From the NCBI GenBank assembly GCA_008080735.1, contig SHMW01000036.1, positions 1 through 38,249 of the forward strand: 38,249 bases of DNA, in the 5' to 3' direction. Shown piece after piece: positions 17,290 through 26,844 of this stretch (its first letter is position 1; every line of letters begins with the position of its first letter). The position numbers and the translations under genes were made by a program. The DNA comes from Promethearchaeota archaeon (lineage in GTDB: Archaea; Asgardarchaeota; Lokiarchaeia; Sigyniarchaeales; SOKP01). Under the pieces are notes generated by a model, which saw nothing but the letters and a program-made list of their open reading frames with translations, was not told the origin of the DNA and did no database searches.

Positions 17290-18474
17290 TCACGCTTGAA
17301 ATATTTGAAATGGCGCCGCGCTACACCGCCATATTGCTATATCCTCAAATCCTAATATTTCAGCATATGTTTGTTCGCCATTTAATGTACGCTTCACTTT
17401 ATCCCATAAATTTGTGGCGACATCCTCTACTTTTTTGTCCGCAGTAATGATCTTACTCGCATCAATATCGATATTACTTGCCATCCAATCACAAGTTTTT
17501 GGATTTCCGCAAATTTTAATCACAGGTGCCACTGGATTTCCACACGGACTGCCACGCCCTGTGGTCATAACGATAACTTGCGCTCCAGCTGCAGCTAAAC
17601 CAGTCATACTTTCCACATCGAGTCCTGGCTCTACCATTAGCCAGAGCCCTTTTGCTTTCGGTTTTTCTGAATATTCTAGTATTCCTTCTATTTGTGCGGA
17701 TCCTGCTTTCGCAATTGTACCTAATGACTTTTCTTCTATTGTTGTTAAACCACCTGCGATATTTCCAGGGGTTGGTTGGATTCCTCGGAAATCTATCCCA
17801 ATTTTCATCGTATTATTTAGAAAAGTATTGATAGTGTCTTTTATTTTTTCCGCGATGCGGTCATTTTTTGCCCTTTCCATGAGTAGATGTTCTGTACCCA
17901 CCCATTCGGTAAATTCTGGCAGAATTGACGTGCCACCAAGCTCAACTACCTTGTCTGAAACCACCCCCACAGCAGGATTTGCAGTAATTCCCGAGATTGA
18001 ATCAGAACCTCCACATTCTAGACCGAGGACTAAATGAGAAAAATCGAACGGCTCTCGTTTCAGCTCTTTGGCTTCTTCAGCCATTTTTTGCCCCAATTGA
18101 ATTCCTTTCTCGATTGCTCCTTTTGTACCGCCCTGTACATCTTGTACATCAAAATATTCGATAGGTTTCTTTTTCCGCTTAATCTGTTTACCAATTAATT
18201 TACTCGTAATATTTTCGCATCCAAGACCTACTACCACAGTTCCAAACACATTTGGATTATTTCCCAAACCGACTAAGGTTCTCAGGGTAAAAGAGAAATC
18301 TGGTCCAAACTGTCCACAACCTAATGGGTGGGTGATGGCAACCGAATTTTCAACTTTTTTTGCGATTTGTTCTGCCACATGATTAACACAAACCACCGAA
18401 GATATTATAGCAATTTTATTTCTGATTCCCACTTCTCCTTTTGGTCGTTCATATCCCATAAATTCTTCTGTCAT
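17290..18474 (-). CDS. UxaA/GarD/SuyB family dehydratase or lyase, large subunit
   Basis: GYERP.G.VGIRN, HPLGC, GLGCE, GLECGGSD..SGITANP, PGNIAGGLTTIEEKSLG and TTGRG. Confidence 0.92.
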   Translation of the reverse strand: MTEEFMGYERPKGEVGIRNKIAIISSVVCVNHVAEQIAKKVENSVAITHPLGCGQFGPDFSFTLRTLVGLGNNPNVFGTVVVGLGCENITSKLIGKQIKRKKKPIEYFDVQDVQGGTKGAIEKGIQLGQKMAEEAKELKREPFDFSHLVLGLECGGSDSISGITANPAVGVVSDKVVELGGTSILPEFTEWVGTEHLLMERAKNDRIAEKIKDTINTFLNNTMKIGIDFRGIQPTPGNIAGGLTTIEEKSLGTIAKAGSAQIEGILEYSEKPKAKGLWLMVEPGLDVESMTGLAAAGAQVIVMTTGRGSPCGNPVAPVIKICGNPKTCDWMASNIDIDASKIITADKKVEDVATNLWDKVKRTLNGEQTYAEILGFEDIAIWRCSAAPFQIFQA

Positions 18475-18749
18475 TTAACCACCTCCTCCAGATAATGGCT
18501 CGTAATATTATGTGTATGAATCCAATCACCTTCGGAGATCTCCTCCGTGGCAACACCTATAATTTGACCATATTTCATTATTTTCTCCCCTTTTTGAATA
18601 TTCTTTAACGCAAATTTATGCCCTAGAGGGATATCTTGGTTCATCGTTATGGTTCCATATTCAGTCTTTAATTCGGTTCTCTGGGGAATATCATCCAAAC
18701 TCGTCGCACAATTATCTGTAGAATCCATAATTATAAATTTATTCGGCAT
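18471..18749 (-). CDS. UxaA/SuyA family SAF-domain small subunit
   Basis: DNCAT, IPLGHKFA..I..GE.I.KYG..IG.A...I..G.WIHTHN. It overlaps the large-subunit start by 4 nt, and GGAGGAGGT precedes that start. Confidence 0.92.
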   Translation of the reverse strand: MPNKFIIMDSTDNCATSLDDIPQRTELKTEYGTITMNQDIPLGHKFALKNIQKGEKIMKYGQIIGVATEEISEGDWIHTHNITSHYLEEVVK

Positions 18750-18922
18750 TTATTATCACTTGAGTTATTTATTATCTTTTTGTATTCTTTTTAGACCTAA
18801 ATTATAATTATTAATCTTTAGATTTAAATTAAAATTTAGTATAAAGATCTATAATAACTTTTTATATTTTATATAATATTATATTTAATAATACGAAACT
18901 AATACTTATCTGATAAGGCAAA

Positions 18923-19654
18923 ATGGTGGAATCGGAATCCGATCCTTTAAGTAAATCTAATGTAGAAAAGTTAATGGAAAATATTAAGGAAAAAACAGAA
19001 GTTGTAAAGACCCTTAATTCTTTAATTAGAATTCGAATTCTTATACTTTTATGGGCCTATAAAGAACAAAGCATTAACGAGCTATGTGAAAAATTGGGTA
19101 AAAGCTGGCCGACCGTGAATAAACATCTCAATATCATGCAAAAGAAAGGATTATTAGAATTACGGGAAGTTAAATCCCCTGGGCCTCAAGATAAAAAACT
19201 CTTCTCCGCGAGAGAGGATTTGATCAAATATACAAGATTAGGATTTGAATTTTTAGACGAGTTAGATCCTGACCGTATTCTTAAAATTTTACTACAAGAT
19301 GTGATATCTGATGAGAAAACTCTGGAATTAATTCAAAAGATATTTGACGACTTAATCCCTTATCATGAAGAACTGGTAAGGAAACTTAAGGATATTGAGC
19401 CGACTAGAGAGAATTTAAAAGACTTTTATAAACGGGCTCATGTAAATTATTATGTGGAAACACTTGATGAAGAAGAATTTGAATATTACCATAAACGCTA
19501 TAAGGAATTTTTAGAGGATATGGAACAATATAAGAAAAAGCGAAAGAACGAAAGCGGGGCGGAAAGAAAAGAAAAACCATATGCTGCTCTTCATTTAATT
19601 CTTCCTCTCAAAAAAATTCAGGAAGCACGATTCAAACGCTTTTGGAATACTTAA
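18923..19654 (+). CDS. ArsR-like winged-helix transcriptional regulator with C-terminal extension
   Basis: RIRILILL...SINELCEKLGKSWPTVNKHLNIMQKKGLL; divergent from the SAF/UxaA genes. Confidence 0.85.
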   Translation: MVESESDPLSKSNVEKLMENIKEKTEVVKTLNSLIRIRILILLWAYKEQSINELCEKLGKSWPTVNKHLNIMQKKGLLELREVKSPGPQDKKLFSAREDLIKYTRLGFEFLDELDPDRILKILLQDVISDEKTLELIQKIFDDLIPYHEELVRKLKDIEPTRENLKDFYKRAHVNYYVETLDEEEFEYYHKRYKEFLEDMEQYKKKRKNESGAERKEKPYAALHLILPLKKIQEARFKRFWNT

Positions 19655-20000
19655 TGTATAATTTTTACCACTGGATTTTATTGGTAATATTTGATTTAAT
19701 TATTAAATTTCTAAATTGGGATTTTTAAATATTATTAGCTGAATCTATATTTGAAATGAAAAAAATAAAGTAAATTAATAGAAAAATTTAATATAGATTT
19801 GAACTAAATTTTTTATATATATTAAAAACCGAAATAAAACACTCTCGTTTAATTAGTAAGATCAGTCAGAATACTAACAAGAGAGGGAAACTGGTTAAAT
19901 GAATCGAAATTGACGACGAAACATAACGGAGTATTAATAATCTTTTTCAAAAAATTTCGGATTTTAATTTAATTCAAAAAACAAAAATTATGAACGTAAA

Positions 20001-21830
20001 ATGATGGGAAAGATATTATGGATAAATTTATCAAATGATACTTTTGAAGAGCAAGAATTGCCAGAGAATCTATATCGTGAATATTTTGGAGGATACGGTC
20101 TTTCTGCAAAGATATTTTATGAAAAAATGAAACCAAAAACGGATCCACTAAGCCCAGAAGCGCTTCTCGGGTTTTTCCCTGGACTACTTACCGGTTCAGC
20201 CGCCTCATTAACGGGACGATTTATGGTAACTGGAAAATCTCCGTTGACTGGTACTTGGGGAGACGCAAATTGCGGAGGCTATTTCGGACCAGAAATCAAG
20301 AAATGTGGGTACGACGGCATTATTTTACAAGGTCAAGCATCTACTCCCAAATATATCACCATTATTGATGGAAAAATGACCATCGAAGATGCTTCGGAAG
20401 TATGGGGATTAGATGCTGTGGAAGCGGAGGAGAAGTTATTAGAAAAATATCCACAGTCACGAATTGCTTCGATTGGGCAGGCGGGAGAAAATATCTCATT
20501 AATCTCAGGGATTATTACTGATAAAGGGAGAATTGCGGCTCGTTCGGGATTAGGAGCCGTTATGGGGTCGAAAAAAGTAAAAGCTATTGTACTGAAAGGA
20601 AATCAAAAAATGGATGTCGCTGACAATAGTCTAATCCTTGAGCATGCGAAAGAATACAACAAAAGTGTAAAAGAGGCGGGTGCTGGGGCGATTTTTTTAT
20701 GGAAAACCTTGGGAACCCCTTGGCAGAATGATGTCAATACCAAACTGGGGGATACACCAATTAAGAATTGGGGAGGGAATTCTGATGATCACTTCCCATT
20801 GGAAGATGTTGAGCCGATAACAGGACCTGAAATAAATAAATATAAGGAAAGTGAATATGGATGCTTTGCGTGTCCGGTACGCTGTGGAGGGATCGTAAAG
20901 GTACCCGAAGCAGATATAAAGGAAAGCCATCTTCCAGAGTACGAGACTTGCGGAGCATTTGGACACATGCTATTGAATAATGACTTAATGTCCATATTTA
21001 AGTTAAACGATTTATGTAACAGAGCTGGGATGGATACCATTTCAGCAGGGGGAACAATTGCTTTCGCCGTTGAATGTTTCGAAAATGGAATTATTGGGCT
21101 TGAGGAAACTGAGGGATTGATGTTAAAGTGGGGTAATGCTGACGCATATATTGAATTATTGAAAAATATGATTAACCGAGAAGGTATTGGAGATATCTTA
21201 GCTGATGGTTCTAGGAAAGCGTCCGAACGGATTGGGAAGGGGAGTGAAAAGTATGCAATTCATTCTCTTGGACAGGAGTTGGCTATGCACTCTCCAAAAT
21301 ATTATGATTCTATGGGTACCACATATGCCTTTGACCCTACTCCAGGGAGACATACTGCAGCAGGATTAGATATGTTTCTTTCGGGGCCCCTATCAAAGTC
21401 TAATGGATATATTGAAGGATTTGCGCTTCCCAAGCGGTATAAACGGAAACCAGAACCAAGAGCTGAAGCCTTTAAGATGGTTGTTGGACTGGCCCAAAGC
21501 TTAAGTTCCCTGGGTGTATGTCAATTTACCTTATATTTCCAGAAATATCCATTAATGGAATTTATAAAAGGGGTGACGGGCTGGGATATTTCTGTGGATG
21601 AATTGATCAAGACAGGGTTACGAATACAAGCCCTCCGACAAGCTTTCACATTACGAGAAGAAATAGACCTGGTGGATAATGAAATCCCAAAGCGGGCTGT
21701 GGGAATCAATTATAAACAAGAATATGAACGGCTATGCAAAAAACTTAGTTGGAACCCTAGCAACGGGTATCCGCTCAAAGATACCTTAAAAAATCTTAAT
21801 CTGGATTTTGTGATTAAGGATCTCTACTAA
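20001..21830 (+). CDS. Aldehyde:ferredoxin oxidoreductase (AOR family, W/Mo-pterin)
   Basis: GKILWINLS, KSPLTG, GYDG, IGQAGE, R.GLGAVMGSKKVKA, CFACPVRC, PEYET and GMDTIS. Confidence 0.95.
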   Translation: MMGKILWINLSNDTFEEQELPENLYREYFGGYGLSAKIFYEKMKPKTDPLSPEALLGFFPGLLTGSAASLTGRFMVTGKSPLTGTWGDANCGGYFGPEIKKCGYDGIILQGQASTPKYITIIDGKMTIEDASEVWGLDAVEAEEKLLEKYPQSRIASIGQAGENISLISGIITDKGRIAARSGLGAVMGSKKVKAIVLKGNQKMDVADNSLILEHAKEYNKSVKEAGAGAIFLWKTLGTPWQNDVNTKLGDTPIKNWGGNSDDHFPLEDVEPITGPEINKYKESEYGCFACPVRCGGIVKVPEADIKESHLPEYETCGAFGHMLLNNDLMSIFKLNDLCNRAGMDTISAGGTIAFAVECFENGIIGLEETEGLMLKWGNADAYIELLKNMINREGIGDILADGSRKASERIGKGSEKYAIHSLGQELAMHSPKYYDSMGTTYAFDPTPGRHTAAGLDMFLSGPLSKSNGYIEGFALPKRYKRKPEPRAEAFKMVVGLAQSLSSLGVCQFTLYFQKYPLMEFIKGVTGWDISVDELIKTGLRIQALRQAFTLREEIDLVDNEIPKRAVGINYKQEYERLCKKLSWNPSNGYPLKDTLKNLNLDFVIKDLY

Positions 21831-21938
21831 ATATTCAATTTTTTGATTTTTATTTCATCTTTTTATTTTTCTGATATTAACTGCAAATGAAAAATATGCT
21901 TCGGGCTAAATAAATAATAAAAAAAGAAAGGATAGAAG

Positions 21939-23357
21939 TTAATATTTTGGTATCATATTAAGTACTTTCTCGAATGCTTCCACGAATTTATCATTTTCTT
22001 CTGGTGTGTGCTGCATACATGTAAATGCCCGATTTCCATACTTGGTAATGATTCCCTCTGATAAAAGCACGGTAGCAATATCGTCTACGCATTTTTTCCG
22101 AAAAACTGCTTTCGGAATATTTTCAGCATCTCGAATGTCCATAGCTACTGGAGAATATGTTTCGTAATGAATACAAGATTTATAATTGTAAGCAAAATAC
22201 GGTCGATCGTGATCCTCAAAGAGATTATTAAGTTTCTTTACCAGATCATCACCAGCTTTTGCAGCTTTTTCAATAGCATTACTTTCTTCGATTAGTTTAA
22301 TCGTCCAATAGGTTGCAGCTATAGATAGAGGATTGCCTCTAATAGTTCCCCCAATAAACGCATGCTTCCCTCCAGTTTCAACATCTCCAGTGCAGACATC
22401 CAATATTTCGCTTCTTCCTCCTACTGCCCCAGTTGAAGGATACCCATGCGTTAAAATTTTACCGAACACTGTAAGATCAGGGATAACGCCAAGGTATTCT
22501 TGAGCACCTCCCAAACTCATCCTAAATCCAGTAACAACTTCATCAAAAATGAGCAAAACATCATACTTATCACATAACTCCTTAATTTGTTTATTAAAGT
22601 CGGGAGGGACAGGAATTGACCCCGATTCGGCACCAAAAGGTTCTACTAGAACCGCTGCGACCCCTGCGCGTTTTTGAGTATACTTTTCAAGCGCTTCTTC
22701 TAAAGCATTAATATCTGCGGGTGGAACATTCACAATATCCTTATAACAGCCTCGCGGAATTCCATCTGCTTCCATTGTTCCCGAATAGGGTATATGGATA
22801 TCCGTCATCAATTGATCACTCCAACCGTGATAAGATCCACTAAATTTAATGATTTTTTCATTTCCAGTAAAAACACGAGCAATTCGCAACGCTGCCATAT
22901 CTGCTTCCGTCCCAGATTGGAAATATGTAACTTTTTCCACAGATGGTACATGTTTTCTCAAAAGTTTAAGCGCCTTTAATTCCCATTCGGTATTCCAGTA
23001 GGTATTTGGATCTAAATCATCTAATAGTTTTTGCATTTCTTCTCGTAATGGGGGATAAGAATGTCCCAAAATACATGCTCCTGCGCTCATTAGATAATCA
23101 ATATACTCATTACCGTCAATATCCCACATCTTTGTTCCGAGATTCTTCTTCATAGTGAGAGCAAACGGATCTTTAATTACAAGTTGATGCTGTGTACCTC
23201 CGGGAATTAGATCCTTAATTTCATCATAGATTTCTTTAGACTTTGGCGCCTTCTCGGCTATTTTTTTTCGGACCTTTGCCATTTCCTCCTCGGGGATCCC
23301 TTTCACAGGATTTTCTGTTATAATTTTTAATCTTTTCTTTATATCTTCATAGTCCAT
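21939..23357 (-). CDS. Class III PLP aminotransferase (GSA-aminomutase-like clade)
   Basis: WDIDGNEYID, SGTEA, YHGWSD, LIFDEVVTGFR and TVFGK (PLP Lys). Confidence 0.9.
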   Translation of the reverse strand: MDYEDIKKRLKIITENPVKGIPEEEMAKVRKKIAEKAPKSKEIYDEIKDLIPGGTQHQLVIKDPFALTMKKNLGTKMWDIDGNEYIDYLMSAGACILGHSYPPLREEMQKLLDDLDPNTYWNTEWELKALKLLRKHVPSVEKVTYFQSGTEADMAALRIARVFTGNEKIIKFSGSYHGWSDQLMTDIHIPYSGTMEADGIPRGCYKDIVNVPPADINALEEALEKYTQKRAGVAAVLVEPFGAESGSIPVPPDFNKQIKELCDKYDVLLIFDEVVTGFRMSLGGAQEYLGVIPDLTVFGKILTHGYPSTGAVGGRSEILDVCTGDVETGGKHAFIGGTIRGNPLSIAATYWTIKLIEESNAIEKAAKAGDDLVKKLNNLFEDHDRPYFAYNYKSCIHYETYSPVAMDIRDAENIPKAVFRKKCVDDIATVLLSEGIITKYGNRAFTCMQHTPEENDKFVEAFEKVLNMIPKY

Positions 23358-23434
23358 TATTTTTTTAACCTCTAAAGATTGGTTTATTTAACATTTTTAA
23401 AACTTTAAATTGATAGTTGGATGCTAATATAATT

Positions 23435-25141
23435 TTAGGATCTCCTTATATTCAAATGAGATGCTTTCGGATCAATTACCAAATCTACTACCATAGGTTC
23501 TTTGGCATCTAATCCTTCTTCAATTCCTTTTTTCAGATTTTCATATTTTTCAACTCTCAATCCATTAATTCCCATTCCCTTGGCAATTTCAGCAAAATCA
23601 ATCCTTTGCCAGTTTGCTAAATCCCTTCCCTTACGAGAAAGTACGTCTCTCACATTACCCAAGGAAGAATCATTAAAAACGAAAAATGTGATCGGTAAAT
23701 CATATTCTTGAACAGTATTCAATACATACAGATCCATTAAAAAACTACTATCTCCAACAATATTAATAACTTTTTTATCCGGTTTGAGTAATTGAGCAGC
23801 TAAACTCGCATTCGGCCCATAACCCATTCCAGCAACTCCTCCTGCCCCATAGATCTGACCCACATACTTTGATTTAAACAGGCGTGTGAAAAACATTCGA
23901 TTATTACCCGCATCTAATATGAGTAAATGATCATCTCCAGTTGAATCGTTAAATAAGCGAACCACAGACTCAGGTTGTATTGGATTATCTTCATCAAAAT
24001 AATGTTCACTAGTGAAGAATTCCATTTCAGGATCTTGTTTTTGCTTTTGGAGAATAGAAATTCTCTCCTCCACATCGAACGGAAACACATGGAGTTTGGA
24101 ACGCACCATCCCGATTATTTTTTGTAGGGCTAATTTCGCATCTGAGGTAACCCCAATCGTAGCGGGATAAGTCCATGCAGCGTTTCTGGACTCTATATCT
24201 ATATGAATTAATTTTTGTTTATTCACGTCAATAAAATCAGGAGAACAGTTATTGGTGTTATCGGGGGCTAAACATGTTCCCAATGCTAAAATTACATCTG
24301 CGTTTTGAATTCTCCGATCTGCCAGTTTTTGTCCAAAACTTGCCATTACTCCTAAAGCGAGATCATGGGTTTCGGGTATTATGGATTTTCCCATATAAGA
24401 GGTTGCCACGGGCATCCCAATTAATTTGGATAACTCCAGTATTTCATCCGAGGTGCCTGAAGCAAATGTCCCTCTCCCGCAAATCATAACAGGGCGTTCA
24501 GCAGCAATCAAAACATTGGCAATCTTTTCTGCGTCTAAATCTGAAATACATGGTGGACTCACATCAATATGCCCTTCAATTTGATATAAGGGAATGCTCA
24601 TCTCATCTTCTTCTATCACAGAAGTCATAATATTCCAACGTGTAATCACACATGCTGGTCCCGGTCTACCAGAGGTTGCATGCTTGATTGCCAATTGAAC
24701 CGCATAGGGTAATTCCTCTGGAACATTTGCAAATGCCGTATACTTTGTCATAGATTTAAAAATATTTATAAGGTTAACTGTTCCATATTCTCCAGTACCG
24801 CTCTGATAACACGCTTGGAGACTATTTCCATGATAATCAGACATCTCTGTTAATATAACCATCGGAACTCCAGCATGATATGCCTCAATGATTCCCAGAC
24901 CACCATTAGATGCCATAAAAATACCTTGACCGATTACAATACCCGGCCTATTAGTTAGACGTCCATGCATATCTGCCATTATTGAAGCTGAAGCTTCGTG
25001 GTGAGCTATAATCGTAGTGAATTGATCACGTTTATAGAATTCTTCTAGTAGAAAATTTGACACTCCTCCAGGCAACCCAAATACATATTCAATACCCGCG
25101 TTATAAGCTGTATCGCAAACTAAGTCGATAACCCTTTTCAT
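23435..25141 (-). CDS. Thiamine-diphosphate-dependent enzyme (ALS/decarboxylase-like superfamily)
   Basis: VFGLPG, HHE (catalytic Glu), SGRPGP, DAGN, GMGYG and the GDSSF...ND ThDP-binding motif. Confidence 0.92.
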   Translation of the reverse strand: MKRVIDLVCDTAYNAGIEYVFGLPGGVSNFLLEEFYKRDQFTTIIAHHEASASIMADMHGRLTNRPGIVIGQGIFMASNGGLGIIEAYHAGVPMVILTEMSDYHGNSLQACYQSGTGEYGTVNLINIFKSMTKYTAFANVPEELPYAVQLAIKHATSGRPGPACVITRWNIMTSVIEEDEMSIPLYQIEGHIDVSPPCISDLDAEKIANVLIAAERPVMICGRGTFASGTSDEILELSKLIGMPVATSYMGKSIIPETHDLALGVMASFGQKLADRRIQNADVILALGTCLAPDNTNNCSPDFIDVNKQKLIHIDIESRNAAWTYPATIGVTSDAKLALQKIIGMVRSKLHVFPFDVEERISILQKQKQDPEMEFFTSEHYFDEDNPIQPESVVRLFNDSTGDDHLLILDAGNNRMFFTRLFKSKYVGQIYGAGGVAGMGYGPNASLAAQLLKPDKKVINIVGDSSFLMDLYVLNTVQEYDLPITFFVFNDSSLGNVRDVLSRKGRDLANWQRIDFAEIAKGMGINGLRVEKYENLKKGIEEGLDAKEPMVVDLVIDPKASHLNIRRS

Positions 25142-25310
25142 CAGTCTATATTATCTCCAATTAAAATTTTTTTAGATAATAATAAGTGTTTATTATATTT
25201 AAAAAATTATGTTAAAATTTACATATAAAACTTTCAATTATGAATTTGAGTTTTATAGCTCATTTTGTTCAGAATTTCATTCTTTTGAAAAAATAGAAAA
25301 ATAGAAAATA

Positions 25311-26675
25311 TTAAAGAGTAAGGTTATCATGAGAATTTAACTTTTTCCAGCGTCTTCTGTAGAAATATCCCGGTTTAGAGTCTATAGGTAAATTTGTAAT
25401 TGAATCCATCCATTTTAGTGTTTTCTGCATGCTATTTTTGAATGATTCATTAGTTAATGTCGTCAATTGAGCAATATTATCTTGAGAAAGCGGTGAAGAA
25501 ATTTTTTCTATGAGATCCCTCATATTTTTTAAGAATTCTGCTTCCATTTGATTTCTCTCATCACGGTAAGTGCTTAATCGTTTCTGATAATCCATAAGCA
25601 CTAAACGATGAAGTTTTTCGTGACGCCACCATAATGTTTCCTCATCATATTCACCTTCAGCGCGGGGAAAATTCATACTTAAGCCACAATTTGGTAGGAA
25701 AATAGGCTTAAAAATACTTGTACAGGGCGCGGAAGTCCCAGTCACCCAATGAATTTGGATATCCTTTTTCAAATGAGCTATATGAGAACCTACTGACTGG
25801 CTTGGAGTGATAAAGGAGGTATAATGCATACAAGGACTCTTCATTGACCCTTGGGATGGATCCCACTCGTCTTCCTCTGAAGGTTTGATGTTGTGGTCGC
25901 GCAAGGTTGCCATAATGATTTCTGGAGTAATTTTTCCTTTATTTTTTCGTAATGTGTTCATTGTACACTCAATCCGTGTCTTTCCCTTGGCCCCAATTTG
26001 CTTAATATTAAATCTGGGGATAAAACAATCTGCAAAATGAAAATTTTCTCCCGATTCACAGTAGCCCTCATCAATGGCATGAGAAATAAGTTCAGGATGG
26101 ATTTTATCATATGTATTACCTATGGTGAGTGTGTTAGATATAGTCCGAATGTCCTTTACTTTTTCCGCGATCCAATATTTATCTGCCGTTTCCAACACCC
26201 AGGCTTCGTTTGGATCTGCGATGATGAATGAGTTGTGATATTTTAGCTTTTTATCGGTATAACCGCACGCCCCGCCTTGTCCATATTTTTCCAAAAGGTC
26301 GACGATTATGTTCAGTGCAGATTCGGCATTTTCTCCTCTTTCTAAAGCTAACCGTATCAGATCCATTCCTAGCAATCCAGTATCTCTATATGGTTCTTTT
26401 GACCATACCGCTTCATTACCAATCGTTACACCGAATTCATTTGCTCCCATCTCACACCCAAACATCCAAAAGGGCTTTAACAGCAGAACCTCATAAGTTT
26501 CCTCCACCTGCGGTATTGAAATATAAGTACAATTTACCTTCGAGTTAGGATTGTGTTTCGCACGCTCTAAATATATTACATTATGTGCTTCGTTAGGTTC
26601 TCGGTCAGAATTTTTCCCAAATAATACGCTGCCGTCTTTAGTCGAATTACCAAGTGCAACTACTGTATCACACAT
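25311..26675 (-). CDS. Secernin/peptidase C69 family Ntn hydrolase (copy 2)
   Basis: MCDT, GKNSDREP, GCEMGANEFGVTIGNEAV, YHNSFIIAD, CMH and TSAPC.SIFKP. Confidence 0.92.
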   Translation of the reverse strand: MCDTVVALGNSTKDGSVLFGKNSDREPNEAHNVIYLERAKHNPNSKVNCTYISIPQVEETYEVLLLKPFWMFGCEMGANEFGVTIGNEAVWSKEPYRDTGLLGMDLIRLALERGENAESALNIIVDLLEKYGQGGACGYTDKKLKYHNSFIIADPNEAWVLETADKYWIAEKVKDIRTISNTLTIGNTYDKIHPELISHAIDEGYCESGENFHFADCFIPRFNIKQIGAKGKTRIECTMNTLRKNKGKITPEIIMATLRDHNIKPSEEDEWDPSQGSMKSPCMHYTSFITPSQSVGSHIAHLKKDIQIHWVTGTSAPCTSIFKPIFLPNCGLSMNFPRAEGEYDEETLWWRHEKLHRLVLMDYQKRLSTYRDERNQMEAEFLKNMRDLIEKISSPLSQDNIAQLTTLTNESFKNSMQKTLKWMDSITNLPIDSKPGYFYRRRWKKLNSHDNLTL

Positions 26676-26844
26676 TATTATTCACTTTTTTATGATCATT
26701 GAGTTTTAATAATTTATAAAAGGTTTACCACTAAGAAAAGTAGATACCCATACTATTTTGATATAGGTGTTTAGATTTATATATATTTTTTAATTTTGTT
26801 AAGTGTTAATTATAACTATTAGAAATTATGGGAAGATAGTATTT

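Noticed and set aside
17414-18037. 207-aa antisense ORF within the UxaA-family gene
   Set aside because: It mirrors a well-conserved gene, with shadow-type composition (S/P/I-rich) and no family signature.
18871-18884. Perfect palindrome ATATAATATTATAT upstream of the ArsR-like gene
   Set aside because: It is A/T-only in a very AT-rich spacer, so expected by chance. It could be an operator, but the sequence alone does not support that.
19884-19935. AGGGAAACTGGTTAAAT resembling the start of a cobalamin riboswitch; ATGA...GA resembling a SECIS or K-turn
   Set aside because: The downstream cobalamin-riboswitch elements are missing, the stem is too short for a SECIS, and no adjacent gene needs an in-frame TGA read through.
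21939-25141. Specific calls hemL and ilvB for the aminotransferase and ThDP enzyme
   Set aside because: Only family-level motifs are visible and there is no tetrapyrrole or branched-chain biosynthesis context, so gene symbols were withheld.
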